A stretch of DNA of 64,000 bases from Octopus vulgaris (Eukaryota). Positions 1 through 11,666 of this stretch are shown one piece after another (positions within the stretch are counted from its first letter, which is position 1; the number at the start of each line of letters is the position of its first letter). The notes under the pieces were generated by a model. It was not told where the DNA came from and ran no database searches. It was given only the letters and a program-made list of their open reading frames with translations. The stretch is taken from the NCBI GenBank assembly GCA_951406725.2, contig OX597829.1:22134001-22198000 (forward strand), written 5' to 3'. The position numbers and the translations under genes are program-made.

Positions 1-299
1 GTAATAGTCTGTGAAAGGAAATGCTTTATTGATGTATCATAAGAAGAAATACTGAGCATTCCCTCCCAATTCTTCTCCAACAAAGAACCCTATTAAATGC
101 ATTAATCTTAATTTTCCTCTCATTGTAACACCTTTTGTTCTTATTTGCTTTAATCAATCCAATTCTTATTCAAGTTACATTTCTAAACTGGTCCTAACTT
201 ACATCTGTTTTCACAGCAGTTAGTACAAAATTATACATTATATCATACATTCTGATCAGGACCTAAATAAATCAGAGAGCAGTGGGGGCAGGGTTGAGG

Positions 300-479
300 A
301 TATTGACGTAAAGGTTTTAGGAAATAGTTTTTCTGTATCCATCCATCAAGTATGAATAAAACCTTTCAGCCAATCTATCACAATATCAGCTTAAAGTGTT
401 ATTAAATCCAGCTATTCTCAGCATAGTAAATATTTCCACTGTAGATTTTTAAATCATCAACAAAGATTATGGGTTACTT
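300..479 (-). mobile_element. Second RT-domain fragment of a related RLE element
   Basis: Minus strand at ~440-477 reads THN-(frameshift)-FVDDLKIY, and the following bases resemble those after the same motif at ~1830-1905. Confidence 0.6.
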
Positions 480-2720
480 TGATGTCTCTTGCTACTGTAG
501 ATTCTAACATTTGAAAACCTTAGCTTTTTGATAATTCCCCTCAGATGTTTACCAACAAATCCAAGTGAATTACTAACAAATCTAAGATGTATTTTTGCAA
601 AGTAAATGTTTGTAATTATTTTTCTTTCTCACCGATCCTGAAAGAGAGAGATTCATCTCTACTGGGCAGATAATCTCTGTGATTGTGCATAATTTTTTCT
701 TTTCTATCCCAAACAACTTTGTCAGGTTGATTATATTTGTGCTTGATAGGTATGTTCTGATATTCTTTGTATTGATATATATTCAGTAACAGAGGCATTA
801 TCTGTATTTCTCCCAGGACAATCTTTCCTACAGACGACATTTTATATTGGTTTAGCTAATATCATGATGCCACATTGGAAAGTAGTATTTAAAAGACATT
901 ATGGGTGACTGCTAATCGCATATTACCTCCACAGAAATGTGACATTATCAACATTTTTGGTCACATTTTGGTGTTTTAATGGCTTCTTTATATCATTTAT
1001 TAATTTTAGATGTTCTGTAGTTATTTTCCTTCTGTTGGATTACAAAAGCATAATCTTCGAGGTATGATGTAATGTAACAGTTATGAGTCACCTGAAATAT
1101 TAACATTATCATTCTCTTCAAGTTTGTAAGAAACACACCCATGCATAACCTTTTTTTGTGGTATGTAGAATGTTTCTCTTCCCAATCTTTGCTGAGACAC
1201 ATTGGTCTTGCATATCTGAGTTCTCATAGGTCATCACAAAGTAAGTACTGTACTTCTCGAAAAGTTCTCTATTGACCTGCAGGATGTTGTTCTCTTCATT
1301 TTTTTGAACACTTGATTGATGAATTTTTTGTTGCCTTGTTTAGATGATGCTGTCTGAGTAAAACCGACTGAACTGAAGCCTCTTTTCTTTTGAGATAGAA
1401 TCTGACTGTAGCATTGTTTCTTAAAAGCTTCAAGTTAAAGTCAGGATCTTACAGACTTTAGTATCTGTGGAATGGATTTCCTCCACAGAGAAGCCAAGTA
1501 TCTGAAATGTTGGTGTCATTACTGATATTGTTAATGCATTGTGAGACATTGCCTTCTTATAAGACTCCTGTCTGTTTTATTTTTTTGAAGTCTGATATAA
1601 ATATTCTTTGTTCACAGTACCTTTCTATGATGTATTTTCATCAATACCTAGGTTTTTGTAGCATGTATAAGTTTTAATGAAATAGGGGAATATAGGGAGA
1701 CCATTGGGGTAGAGGTCATGAGTTTGAAAAGCAAATTTTCTGCTTTCAAGTATCAGATATAAACTGGGGGTATTTTTGTGTTGTTTTTTTTATCAAATCC
1801 TCTTCTTTTATCACTTGAAAATGTTATTACCAGATTCAACTATTTTTCAGCATTATATATATCTAGTATAGATCTTTAGATCATCCACAACAAAATTATG
1901 GCTTACATTATTATCCTTTACTGTTGTAAAATCTAACACATAATCAGAGGATCTTTGTAAAAGAAAGGACAGTGGATTTAGTGCCAAAATATACAGTAAT
2001 GCAGACATACCATCTTCTTGAATTATTCTCTTTGAAAAATTTATAATCTTTGGAGACAATAATTTCACTTCCATTTATATGTGTGAAGATTGTTGGCCAG
2101 GTTTTTGTGATCCTTTCAGTAGCAACATCTGAAGCAGTGGGTGTTTTTGCTGACTCCAACAATTTCAACATCCATGAAAGGGGGGGGGGGAGAAACAATG
2201 CCTTTCTGTAATAAATCCTTACTATCACAAGAAATCTGTTTGGTAATTCCTCCACACTACTTTCTTTCCACTTGTCAGCCATTCGTTGCTATCTTGTTGG
2301 ACACACAATGTCTTGCAGGCATTGGTTGAGACAGTTTGTGTATGGTTTATGCATAAATGTTTAGACAAGCAATTGACTTCTAGTTTTCTGCCAAGCTGGT
2401 GCTTTCAAACTTGGTTACAAGATTTCTCTGTGCTATGGCAAGTCAGTATGTTATGCTGATTTGGCTTTTTCATAGTTCTTTTATATATATTAAGTTACGT
2501 TTTGTAGAACATCAATATCTAATAGAAGTATCCAACTATTAGATCTCTTCTTAGTGCCTTCTCAAACTTTCTCATAGCTTTAGTGAAAGTTTTCAAAGTT
2601 GATCATGTAAATTTTACTGGTGATTTTAATCTGGTATTCCTTCTTGATTATATCTAGCCATCCTGACTGAAATCCCTTTCATTCCAGATCTTAAACCAAA
2701 TTGACTTAAGATCTTCCTGA
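480..2720 (-). mobile_element. Decayed RLE-type non-LTR retrotransposon (R4/Dong-like)
   Basis: Minus-strand fragments in the expected order: RT (1853-2074, SALLYILALNPLSFLL...SHNFVVDDLKIY), frameshifted CCHC-knuckle remnant (~850-950), and restriction-like endonuclease motif (616-840, NQPDKVVWDRKEK...EKEK). Many stops and frameshifts; ends are approximate. Confidence 0.75.
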
Positions 2721-3001
2721 CAATATATATATATATGTATGTATAAGTTGCTTAGATGATATGTTAGCCTCATAAAGGGATGGCTACATCATCCAAGGAA
2801 ACACTGGTTCTATACCTAGTAATTTTGGGCAATGAAATTTCCATAAATCTATAGGTATATATATATAGATATATATATATAGATATATATGTTCAGTTAA
2901 TTGAAGGAAAGAAAATGGAGAGTTAAAAGTTAATAATTATTTATTATTAAAAAATTGGTAATCTTTATTTCTTACAGCCATTTTCATTAATGCCCAATGA
3001 G

Positions 3002-3041
3002 TAGCATGGAAGGCGGATGTTAAACGATGATGATGAAGAAG
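3002..3041 (+). mobile_element. Very short 3' tail of the RTE-tailed family inserted in the left palindrome arm
   Basis: TAGCATGGAAGGCGGATGTTAAACGATGATGATG matches the family 3' end (e.g. 21691-21726) and is absent from the opposite arm. Confidence 0.8.
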
Positions 3042-3198
3042 AAGTAAATTAAAAATAATTGTGCTCTAAATTTGCATTTATATGTTATGAGAATAACTTC
3101 ATCAGAGGAAAAGATATACATTACAGTATTACATTCTGACCTATCCATTCAAGCAAGCAGACTGAACAGAGAGGTCGGAATGTAATATTGTAATGTAT

Positions 3199-3310
3199 AT
3201 CTTTTCCTCTGATGAAATTATGCTCATAACATATAAATGCAAATTTAGAGCACAATTATTTTTAATTCACTTATTGGGCACTAATGGAAACAGCTGTAAG
3301 AAGTAAAGAT
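3199..3310 (+). ncRNA. Type I hammerhead ribozyme motif with extended stem II
   Basis: ATCTTTTCCT-CTGATGA (3209-3215), ~70 nt with paired ends ATTATGCTC/GGGCACTAAT, GAAA (3287-3290), CAGCTG, TA (3297-3298), AGAAGTAAAGAT. Stem I is imperfect. Confidence 0.65.
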
Positions 3311-4749
3311 TACCAATTTTTTAATAATAAATAATTATAACTTTTAGCTCTTTATTTTCTTATTTTCAGTTAACTGAACATAAATTATATATACACACAT
3401 ATACTTATTTGATTGTATATATGTATATAAATTTATTTGATTGTATATATGTATATAAATATGTGCATATGTATATGCCTGTGTGTATGTATGTATGTAT
3501 GTATGTTTGTCTATGTACATGTGAGTGTGTGTGTGCCTATATGTCTAATATAGAGACTTAGAAACTTCAGATTAGTGTTGGATATGTCATAAAAACCATT
3601 TGGAGTGTGGTACCTTTCAGTTATTCTTAAAGAATGTTTCTACATTCAATAAGTATCTGACTATTAGGTCTCTTGTTGGTGCCTTCCTAAGCTTTCTTGT
3701 AACTTTAGTGTAGGTTTATATTATGAATATAAAAGCTATTGGTGGAAAGAATGGTCTTGGTCATTTATGAGATCATCATGTGCTAGCTGTAAATCATAAT
3801 GCTCTCACACTTCAGAGCCTGAAGTCTTTATTGACACAAGATATCTCATTGAGGCTTGTCTCCGGGTCATGCCAATAAGGTGGATAGAATTGATATTGCG
3901 CGTGCTTTGTTGGGCCTAAAATCCTGCAACGTTAATTGCTAATCTATATGCTTATTAAACATGTCATTATATCTTTGGTTACAAATTTAATCTCAAGCTC
4001 TGTGTCAATACTACAGTTGATTTACACAGCTGATGTACATATATGTAAATAAGGTTGGGCCTCACTTGATCACAGCCAGCTTTGCAGTGGTATACATGTA
4101 CATAAGGTTAGGCCTAGCATGACTATGCTTACATTTATCGTAAAGTAAGTAATAAACATGCGTTCTCTTGGCAACCAGGGAAAAGTAACTGACTCCTAAT
4201 GATTGCTTGACTGAAAGCTGATAATATGTATATACAGTTATGTAATATAGGAATACATTCATCTATCATCCACTTGTGCATAAGCTCAAATGGATGTGTG
4301 GTGTGTCAATGAATGTATGCACCTGTATATATGTATATATTCACTTTTTTCCCCCCGTTCACTTTTATGTCCAATTTCCTATTCTGGCATGAGTTAGAAT
4401 ATATTATTGAGGCAGGCAGTCTTTTAACAGCTGGTTGCCCTTCCTGTTGCTAACTTTCAAAAGATCTCTCTCTCTCTCTCTCTTTTTTTTTTTCATGTTT
4501 TCAAAAACACATAACCAGTGGACAATTTACTGACAGGAGAAGTGATAACATCACCACTTTTAACTTGCTGTCTTTGGACAGGTGCAAATATCAACACTCA
4601 CACACACTCACTCTGATAGGAAGGGTATCTAACATGCCGAAACTGACACTGGAGCTCAGTGCAACCCTACAGCTTAACAGATCTTGTCCAATCATTCAAT
4701 CTATGCTGACATGGAAAACTGACATGAAATGATGACAATGATAATGATG

Positions 4750-4910
4750 ATGATGGGATTCTTTCAGATTCCGCCTATCAAATCTATTCGCTAGGCTTTG
4801 GTCAGCATGGGCCTCCAGTGGGTGACACTCAATGTGCTGTGCAGTAGGACTGAACCCAAACCCACTTGGTTGGGGAGTAGACCACTGAACTGCACAATAC
4901 AGCCCACATG
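4750..4910 (-). mobile_element. SINE family A, 5' portion
   Basis: Diverged reverse complement of the head of the 19732-20143 copy. Confidence 0.65.
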
Positions 4911-4992
4911 TTTCTGTGTACATATGTATGGTGAATGTATCAGTGAATGTGTGTGCGTGTATGACTGAGAGCAACATTTAATAGTATCATCT

Positions 4993-5245
4993 GTGAATGT
5001 TTGTTTGAAAAGCTGAACCTCTTTGAGTAAGTATCAGTTTGTTTACTTGCACAAATCCTTGTACAGAAAACATTGCATTTCTGTTTTATTTATCTGTGGA
5101 AAAATATATAGAAATCCGTCTTCTATAGATTTCTCCACAGACAAATTAAACAGATGCAAAGTGGTCTGTACAAGGATTTGTGTAAGTAAACAAACTGATA
5201 CTTACTCAAAGAGGTCCAGCTTTTCAAACAAACAAGCTTGTTCAC
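4993..5245. repeat. Long inverted repeat (~120 bp arms, loop under 10 nt)
   Basis: TGTTTGTTTGAAAAGCTGAACCTCTTTGAGTAAGTATCAG... is mirrored by ...CTGATACTTACTCAAAGAGGTCCAGCTTTTCAAACAAACA; centre near 5117. Confidence 0.9.
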
Positions 5246-5556
5246 AACACTCCAATACACCTGTCTTTTTTCAATCTCTTCTTGCTTGAAGCACTTCCTC
5301 TAATTGTGTCCTCTGCAGAACTACAGCTTTCTAAAACTTACTCCCTGCCCATGCGTTTTTCTTACGAACATCGGTTCTCAAAAGTTCAAATTAGACATAA
5401 GCAATGTGTAGAGCTCATACAGATCACGGACATTGCCCTGACTTTTTTCTGGCTAACATAAATCGAAAAATATATTTCTTTGCTAAAGACTGTAGTTTAG
5501 TTGAACTTCACTAATCATATTGCCCGTAACATTGGATTGAATTAATTGTTAAATAT

Positions 5557-5740
5557 GGGCATGGCTGTGTGGTTAGGGAGCTTGCTTCCTAGCTATATGG
5601 TTTCGGGTTCAGTCCCACTGCGTGGCACTTTGGGTAGGTGTCTTTCACTATAGCCCCGAGCTGACCGGAGCTTTGTGATTGAATTCGGTAGGTGGAAGTT
5701 ACTGCCGTGTGTGTATATGTGCGTGTAGGTGCTTGTGCCT
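5557..5740 (+). mobile_element. SINE family A, 5' portion
   Basis: TGGCTGTGTGG A-box, GGTTCAGTCCC B-box and TTGGGTAGGTGTCTT core. Confidence 0.75.
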
Positions 5741-6479
5741 CTCCGAAAGAGAGAGAGGGAGAGAGGGTATTTCTGTTTTTTTTAAGATTCTAGTTGTGAT
5801 TAGGCTGCAATTATTAGCATGTTGAGTGACCACTTAGTGGCTCTCTCATTAGCTGAGCTACATATAATTTTCTTCATGTGAATGATTTGGCATTAGAATT
5901 AAGCCATGCAAAATTCACTACAAGAAACCCCAAAGCTGAATGAGTGATAGGTGTTGATGACACTATGTTATGTAATTGGTAAAGCTCTTTTGGATGCAAG
6001 TGTTTTGTGAGCTCATTGCATTAGGGCTGCAAATGTCAAGAAACTAATATATAGGGCACTAGGTATTCAGAATGGGGTTAGGATTTTTCTTAGAAATATA
6101 ATACCTAAACCACATGCAATATTTAAATTTTAATTAATTTTTAGAGATCTTTGTCAAGATTGAAAAGTATAAATAGGACATTATTATAGCATTGAGCAGG
6201 AAACCTGATTGATGATATGCCAAGACCCAATATAACTTCATTACATAAGTCACTGCTTTTTCTAGTTATTTCCATACAGGTATCTAAGAGAAATCACACG
6301 ATGGTTAGAGTAGTATAAATAATCTTTTCTATTTTTTTTTCTCTTTTGCAAAGAAAAAAAAAAAAAAAGGAGGGTTTGGTGGAGAGATAGTCATGAAATA
6401 TTATTTAGTGCACTAGGTGAGGCCCTGAGTTGACATAGGTTGAGAACCACTGCTGAAGACAGGGAGATATTACCATTCT

Positions 6480-6690
6480 TCATCATCGTTTGATGTCCAT
6501 TTTCTATGCTGACTTGGATTGAACAGTTTGTCAGAAGCTGCCACAGCCAGGTGCTGCACCAAGTCCAGTTGTCTGTTTTGACTTGGTTTCTACAGCTGGA
6601 TGCCCTTCTTAACGCCACTCTACAGAGAGTACTTGGTGCATTTTACATGGCACTATCACCAGTGCTCTTCATGTGACACCAGCACCAATG
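6480..6690 (-). mobile_element. RTE-tailed SINE-like family C copy
   Basis: (CAT)n CGTTTGATGTCC tail and TTTCTACAGCTGGATGCCCTTC conserved block. Confidence 0.75.
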
Positions 6691-7161
6691 TTTTTTGCAG
6701 AAGATAAATCATTTAACTTACTAGAATGTTGTATCTGGTTTCAAAATACCATAGAGTCTCTATGTTCTCTTCCTATAATGATTGTTTTAGACTTTGATCA
6801 ACTGTGGAGGTGGGATGTCCAAGTGACATTGAGATTACTGTTACATTTGCACAAGCACTGCTGAAGAGCTAGGTAGGGAATGTCCCTTATTAAAGGAATG
6901 CAGTACTTTCATATGAAACTTACTTGTAATATATTATTTTTAACCTTTTTTTTGGTTGCTTGTTGCAGCAGATCAGATCAGATAACAGTGAGTTGGTTAA
7001 TGGTTATGCAGTCAATGCATTGAACATTTTATCAATAATACAAGATCTATAAATCACTGGCAAATTTCAAATGTCATTGTTGATCAGTCATATAAAGACT
7101 GATTCGAAAAATGAGTCAGGGATTGTTGTATTTGACTCATAGGTAAGGGAGTCATTATATA

Positions 7162-7205
<44 letters not shown>

Positions 7206-7249
7206 AGTTTGGTTAATGAGAGAGATGGAAGATACAAGAATATTTATTA

Positions 7250-7355
7250 ATCACTACAATAGTTTCAACCCACCTAGCATTGATCCCTCACAGCTGGGAT
7301 ACTTAACTAATGGTTCAGGAACATCCATTGGTGCAGATGTATTTCTTCAGGTGAT
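7250..7355 (-). ncRNA. Type I hammerhead ribozyme motif with branched stem II
   Basis: Minus strand: ATCAC-CTGAAGA-[hairpins ACATC/GATGT, ATCCC/GGGAT, AACCATTAGT/GCTAGGTGGGTT]-GAAA-CTATTG-TA-GTGAT. Stem I is a perfect 5 bp. Confidence 0.7.
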
Positions 7356-7522
7356 AATTGGTTATAACTCGTTAAAATAATGACTGTTACGCAAGGTATC
7401 TTCTCGGTTCATGTAAAAGAAAGGAGCAAATTAAAAGATATAGCTTCATTTATATAGAAGATCAATAATAAAAAATAACATGCAAAAAAGAAACAAATAC
7501 ACAATACAGCAAAAAAAAAAAA

Positions 7523-7627
7523 TTTTAGAATGACATTGTTGGATAAGTGTGAGATGCCAAATCTGGTCAGTTTGAACATAAAACAGGTAGAACATTTGGG
7601 ATGGATTTGACTGGTTTAAAAGGTTAA
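7523..7627. mobile_element. Partial TTAA MITE family 1
   Basis: Matches the right half of 32873-33112 and ends AAGGTTAA. Confidence 0.65.
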
Positions 7628-7844
7628 TTAACAAAGGAGGTGGGTATTCTGAATGTAGGAAAGTCAGTTACAACTGGAATAGAACTGTTTTGAGAGTTGT
7701 TACTTTTATTAGCAACAAAGGGATTCTCTGTTTGAGTAAGGAGTAGTGAGGAGTCCTTTTGCATAGTAGCAAAACCTGAGTGTTTGATGCAGAGGAGAAT
7801 GTGTGAAGGCCAGAAAGGAAAAAAATGAGATGCATATTCTCATT

Positions 7845-8237
7845 AGACGTAGGAGTGGCTGTGTGGTAAGTAGCTTGCTTACCAACCATATTGTTCCGGG
7901 TTCAGTCCCACTGCGTAGCATCTTGGGCAAGTGTTTTCTACTATAGCCTCAGACCAACTAAAGCCTTGTGAGTGGATTTGGTAGATGGAAACTGAAAGAG
8001 GCCCCTCATATATATGTATGTGGGTGTCTGTGTTTGTGTGTGTGCCCCCCACCAACATCGCTTGACAACCGATGCTGGTGTGTTTACGACCCCATAACTT
8101 AACGGTTCGGCAAAAGAGACCAATAGAATAAGTACTAAGCTTACAAAGAATAAGTCCTGGAGTCGATTTGCTCGACTAAAGGCGGTGCTCCAGCATGGCC
8201 ACTGTCAAATGACTGAAACAAGTAAAGAGTAATGAGT
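7845..8237 (+). mobile_element. tRNA-derived SINE family A, full length
   Basis: A/B boxes, internal TA/TG microsatellite and 3' GACTGAAACAAGTAAAGAGT tail; highly similar to copies at 19732, 30692 and 45648. Confidence 0.9.
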
Positions 8238-8299
8238 ATTCTCTAGTGAGTGTGAATGAACAACTAAAATACCCACTTGAGTTGAGAGAAAAACTGAGA

Positions 8300-8600
8300 T
8301 TAGTGTGTAAGAGACTGTGTTGGTTGAGAGCTATGATGTGCATGGGGGATAACAGTTGGATAAAGAATTGTCAAGTGAGCTAAGTGGATGAAACTCTTGT
8401 AAGAGGCAGATATGGAAAGAAATGAAAGCTGACTACTTGAAACTGAGCTTCACAAAATGGCTGACAAGAGGACAAGAGGCTACAGCCAGTGGATTGATAC
8501 TATTTGAAGAAGATTCATCTAATTCATGCAAGCATGGAAAAAAAGGACATTAAAAAAATGATGATGATGATGATGATGATGATGATAATGATGATGATGA
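8300..8600 (+). mobile_element. RTE LINE 3' fragment with (GAT)n tail
   Basis: Decayed homolog of the C-terminus at 9561-9750, followed by CATGCAAGCATGGAAA...(ATG)n. Confidence 0.6.
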
Positions 8601-9519
8601 CTGTATGTATATACTGAAATACACATGCATGTATGTGTATGTATTGTCATCAACATCATTTAACATCCTTGTTCATTGTGAACTTGGATGGATGGTTTGA
8701 AAGAATCTGGCAGGCCCTAAAACTGCATTGCATCCAGTGTTATGTTTTACTATGGTTTCCACAGCTGAATGCCTGTCCTAACACCAACCACTTTACAGAG
8801 TGTAGAGTTCTGCTTTATGCTAGGGGCGAGGGTCAAAATATGAGGCAGGGTGAAGAGGAAGAGCAGGGGTTCTCTAGAAGATTTACTCCATGTAGAAAAG
8901 AAGATGAGAATGATCAGTAGGGGTTGCAGAGAGATAAATATAAACAGTGGTGATGAGGTGTGTAGATGGTCTCTCTAGGTATGTGGTAAGTAGAAATGGG
9001 TGGGGATACAGGAACTAGGAGTGTAGATAGGTTGGGATTTGTGAGAATATATGCAGAAGTAAGAGATGGGGGAGGAGAGATAGGCAACAGCTGTAAAGAT
9101 TGGGAAAGGTTGAAGGGTGGATGTAGGGAGCAGGGGATGACCAATAATCCAAAAGTTGGAGAGTTGGGGTGGGGAAGAGCAGTAAGTAATGGTAATGCAG
9201 TTGATAGAGGTGGGGAGAATAAGAGAGAGAGAGATGACATATAGGTGGATAGGGGAAGAAAGAGGCAGGCGTAGCGCATGAGGAGATAACTTGATGGTTC
9301 AGTGGAGAGGGCAGAGGATGATCAATGTAACATGTGGGTGGAGATAACATTTGCAAGGAAAATAGTGATATCACGGGAGACCTGCAGTGAGAGAGATAAT
9401 GGGTGGAAGTGGCATGATATGACAAGAAGATTCTACAAAGTGTCCTTATGTGTGTATGTGTGTGTATATATATATATATACACACACACACATTGCTTCC
9501 AAAAAATTGGTTTCGCTGA

Positions 9520-11063
9520 GGTGGACAAGTCTTCTTGAGAACTATGTATTTCCAGTCATCCTAGTCCTTTGTCAAATCTACTGTGAGGTTCTGGGTCCTG
9601 AAGTTAGTCTTCACCATTTCATTCCTTGACTCCCTTAGCTTCACTCTTCCACAAGCTCTAACCACATTAAGTGATTGGCACATCTTTATGCAACTGTCCT
9701 TATCCATACATTGTCCATACCAGCACAATCTTCTTTCCTGCACACTACATGTGACATCTCTTATGCCCATTTTTCTATACATCACTTCTATACTATGTCT
9801 TTCATACACACTCACATTGCTCATCCAACAGAGCAGGCTTGCTTCGTTTTTTTTTTTTCCAAGACTTCTTACGTCCTTTGTGTTTAAAACCCATGTCTCA
9901 GAGCCATGCAGCATTGCACTTCTAACACAAGCATTATTACAATCTACCTTTCACATTTGTTGCTAGCAGCAGTAGTTTCTCCCTGATCTTTCTCTGACCT
10001 GTCCTTACTCTGGCCACTATGCTTTTGGAGTAACCTCCTCCCTTACTAATTACATCTCCCTAATAACAAAAGCTATCAACTAATTTTAGTGAGCCATCCA
10101 GGCATTCAGGGAAGTCCATTTCTGGTGTGTTCATAGTATGTACTGCTCCAGTGTGTCTATCATATATGAAGCTTTTGTTCTCTGCTAGTCTGCCTGAGAT
10201 TCTGTTACATCTCTTTTGCCCATAGCTTACATTGGGTACCTTGTATCAAATTTATAATTTCTCCTTTTCTACATATTGAATAAGGCTGTTTCACTGAATG
10301 TACTAACTTCCTGTCTCCTTTCCTACATTTTAAAACCTTTGCCTTTACCAAATGTATTTTAAGACCTCTCAATTTTAGGTTTTAGTTTCCATGCCTGACA
10401 TTTCCTCTCTAATTCTTCTATAGATTTAGCTATGAGAATTAGATCATTAGCACATTGGAGTTCCCATAGATAACCAGTCTTAAACTGTTCTGTGATTCCT
10501 GTAGGACTATTATGAATGGGAGGAGACTGAAAACTGAACTTTGATGGACTGCAAGCATTTTGCTAAACTCATCATAGAAGTTGTTGACTTTCATTTATTG
10601 CATTTTTGTACATGGCTTGTACAGCTCTCACAAGCCATATGCCAACATCTAGCTTCATTAAGGACCAGATTCCTGTATGTGGTACCCTGTCAAACACCTC
10701 CAAATCAACGAAAGCCTGGAATAATGATTTACTATTAGCCAAGTATTTCTGTTGCAGTTGCCTCACTAGGAATATTGCATCCGTAGTACCTTTACTGGAT
10801 AGGAAACCTAGCTGCATCTCATTTAGTTCTAATCTGTCATGGGCCAATTGAGCTATGACCCTTTCTTGACCTTCATAATCTGATTCAGTAATTTGATTCC
10901 TCTATAATTGCTTCTCTCTAAGGCATCTCCTTTGCTTTTGTAGTACCCTAAGGTGATACTGCTTTGCCAATCTTTCTCCAACCTGTCCTTACTCTGGCCA
11001 CTATACTTTTGGAGTAACTTCCTCCCTTACTAATTACATCTTAGTAACAAAAGCTATCAACTA
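9520..11063 (-). mobile_element. RTE-clade LINE, 5'-truncated and decayed
   Basis: RT motifs GFLSSKGTTDAIFLVRQLQQKY...AFVDLE..DRVP (10572-10847) and C-terminal MLHGSETW...RRLCWYG...GR (9561-9914). Confidence 0.9.
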
Positions 11064-11268
11064 GAACTTGTGTGTTTGTGCATGTGCATGTGTGTCATGT
11101 GAAAGGGTCCAAATGAACTGGCCTGAATCAGCATTGGCAAAAATGATACAGTGAATTTCATGGTTTTGAATGAGTTTATATGCTGTGATGAGATCCCATG
11201 ATCCCTTTATCTTTTCTCCAAGTTATACAAACTTAGTGAAACACACATTTATTCTCTCTCTCTGTCTC

Positions 11269-11305
<37 letters not shown>

Positions 11306-11611
11306 ATATATGTTATCAGCTTGAAAAATTGTTAAGACACTAGGATATTTTTCTACTTTTCTTATCATGAAACCAATGGTAGCCTTAATTCACAAATAAA
11401 GAAATTATATCCACCAATGCCGTGTTGGGCACTCACTTTCTGTGGTTAACATTTACATATACATACATACATTCATACATACATATATATATATATATAA
11501 GTATACTAATGTTTGTTTCTATGTTCAGTTATACTAAAAACAATTTTACATTAATCTGATCAGTTACTCTATACTTTTGTAGAGTACAAGAATATATATA
11601 AGAATATTATT

Positions 11612-11666
11612 GATAGTAACTTCTAAGTTTCAGCTGTTCAGCCAGTTAAGTCATCATCAGACTGCC
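11612..11666 (-). ncRNA. Type I hammerhead ribozyme motif
   Basis: Minus strand: GGCAGT-CTGATGA-TGACTTAACT-GGCTG/AA/CAGCT-GAAA-CTTAGAAG-TT-ACTATC. Core intact, stem III ACTT/AAGT, stem I has one mismatch and a G-U pair. Confidence 0.55.

Larger units (their letters stand above)
2889..3381. mobile_element. Palindromic hammerhead-bearing element (Penelope-like/retrozyme-like)
   Basis: Arms ~2889-3142 and ~3172-3381 are imperfect reverse complements (ATGTTCAGTTAA...TTAACTGAACAT) with a ~30 nt spacer and TA-rich repeats on both sides. Confidence 0.85.

Noticed and set aside
3790-4310. Possible solo LTR (AATAAA on the minus strand, short inverted TATTGACACA/TGTGTCAATA)
   Set aside because: No clear TG...CA ends, TSD or primer-binding site identified.
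5342-5453. Minus-strand AG...GTAAGT-bounded candidate exon
   Set aside because: All three frames contain stop codons; it cannot be supported without transcript data.
8914-9491. Pro/Leu/Ser-rich ORFs of 121-158 aa
   Set aside because: Low-complexity purine-rich repeat related to ~33535-33840; no domain signal.
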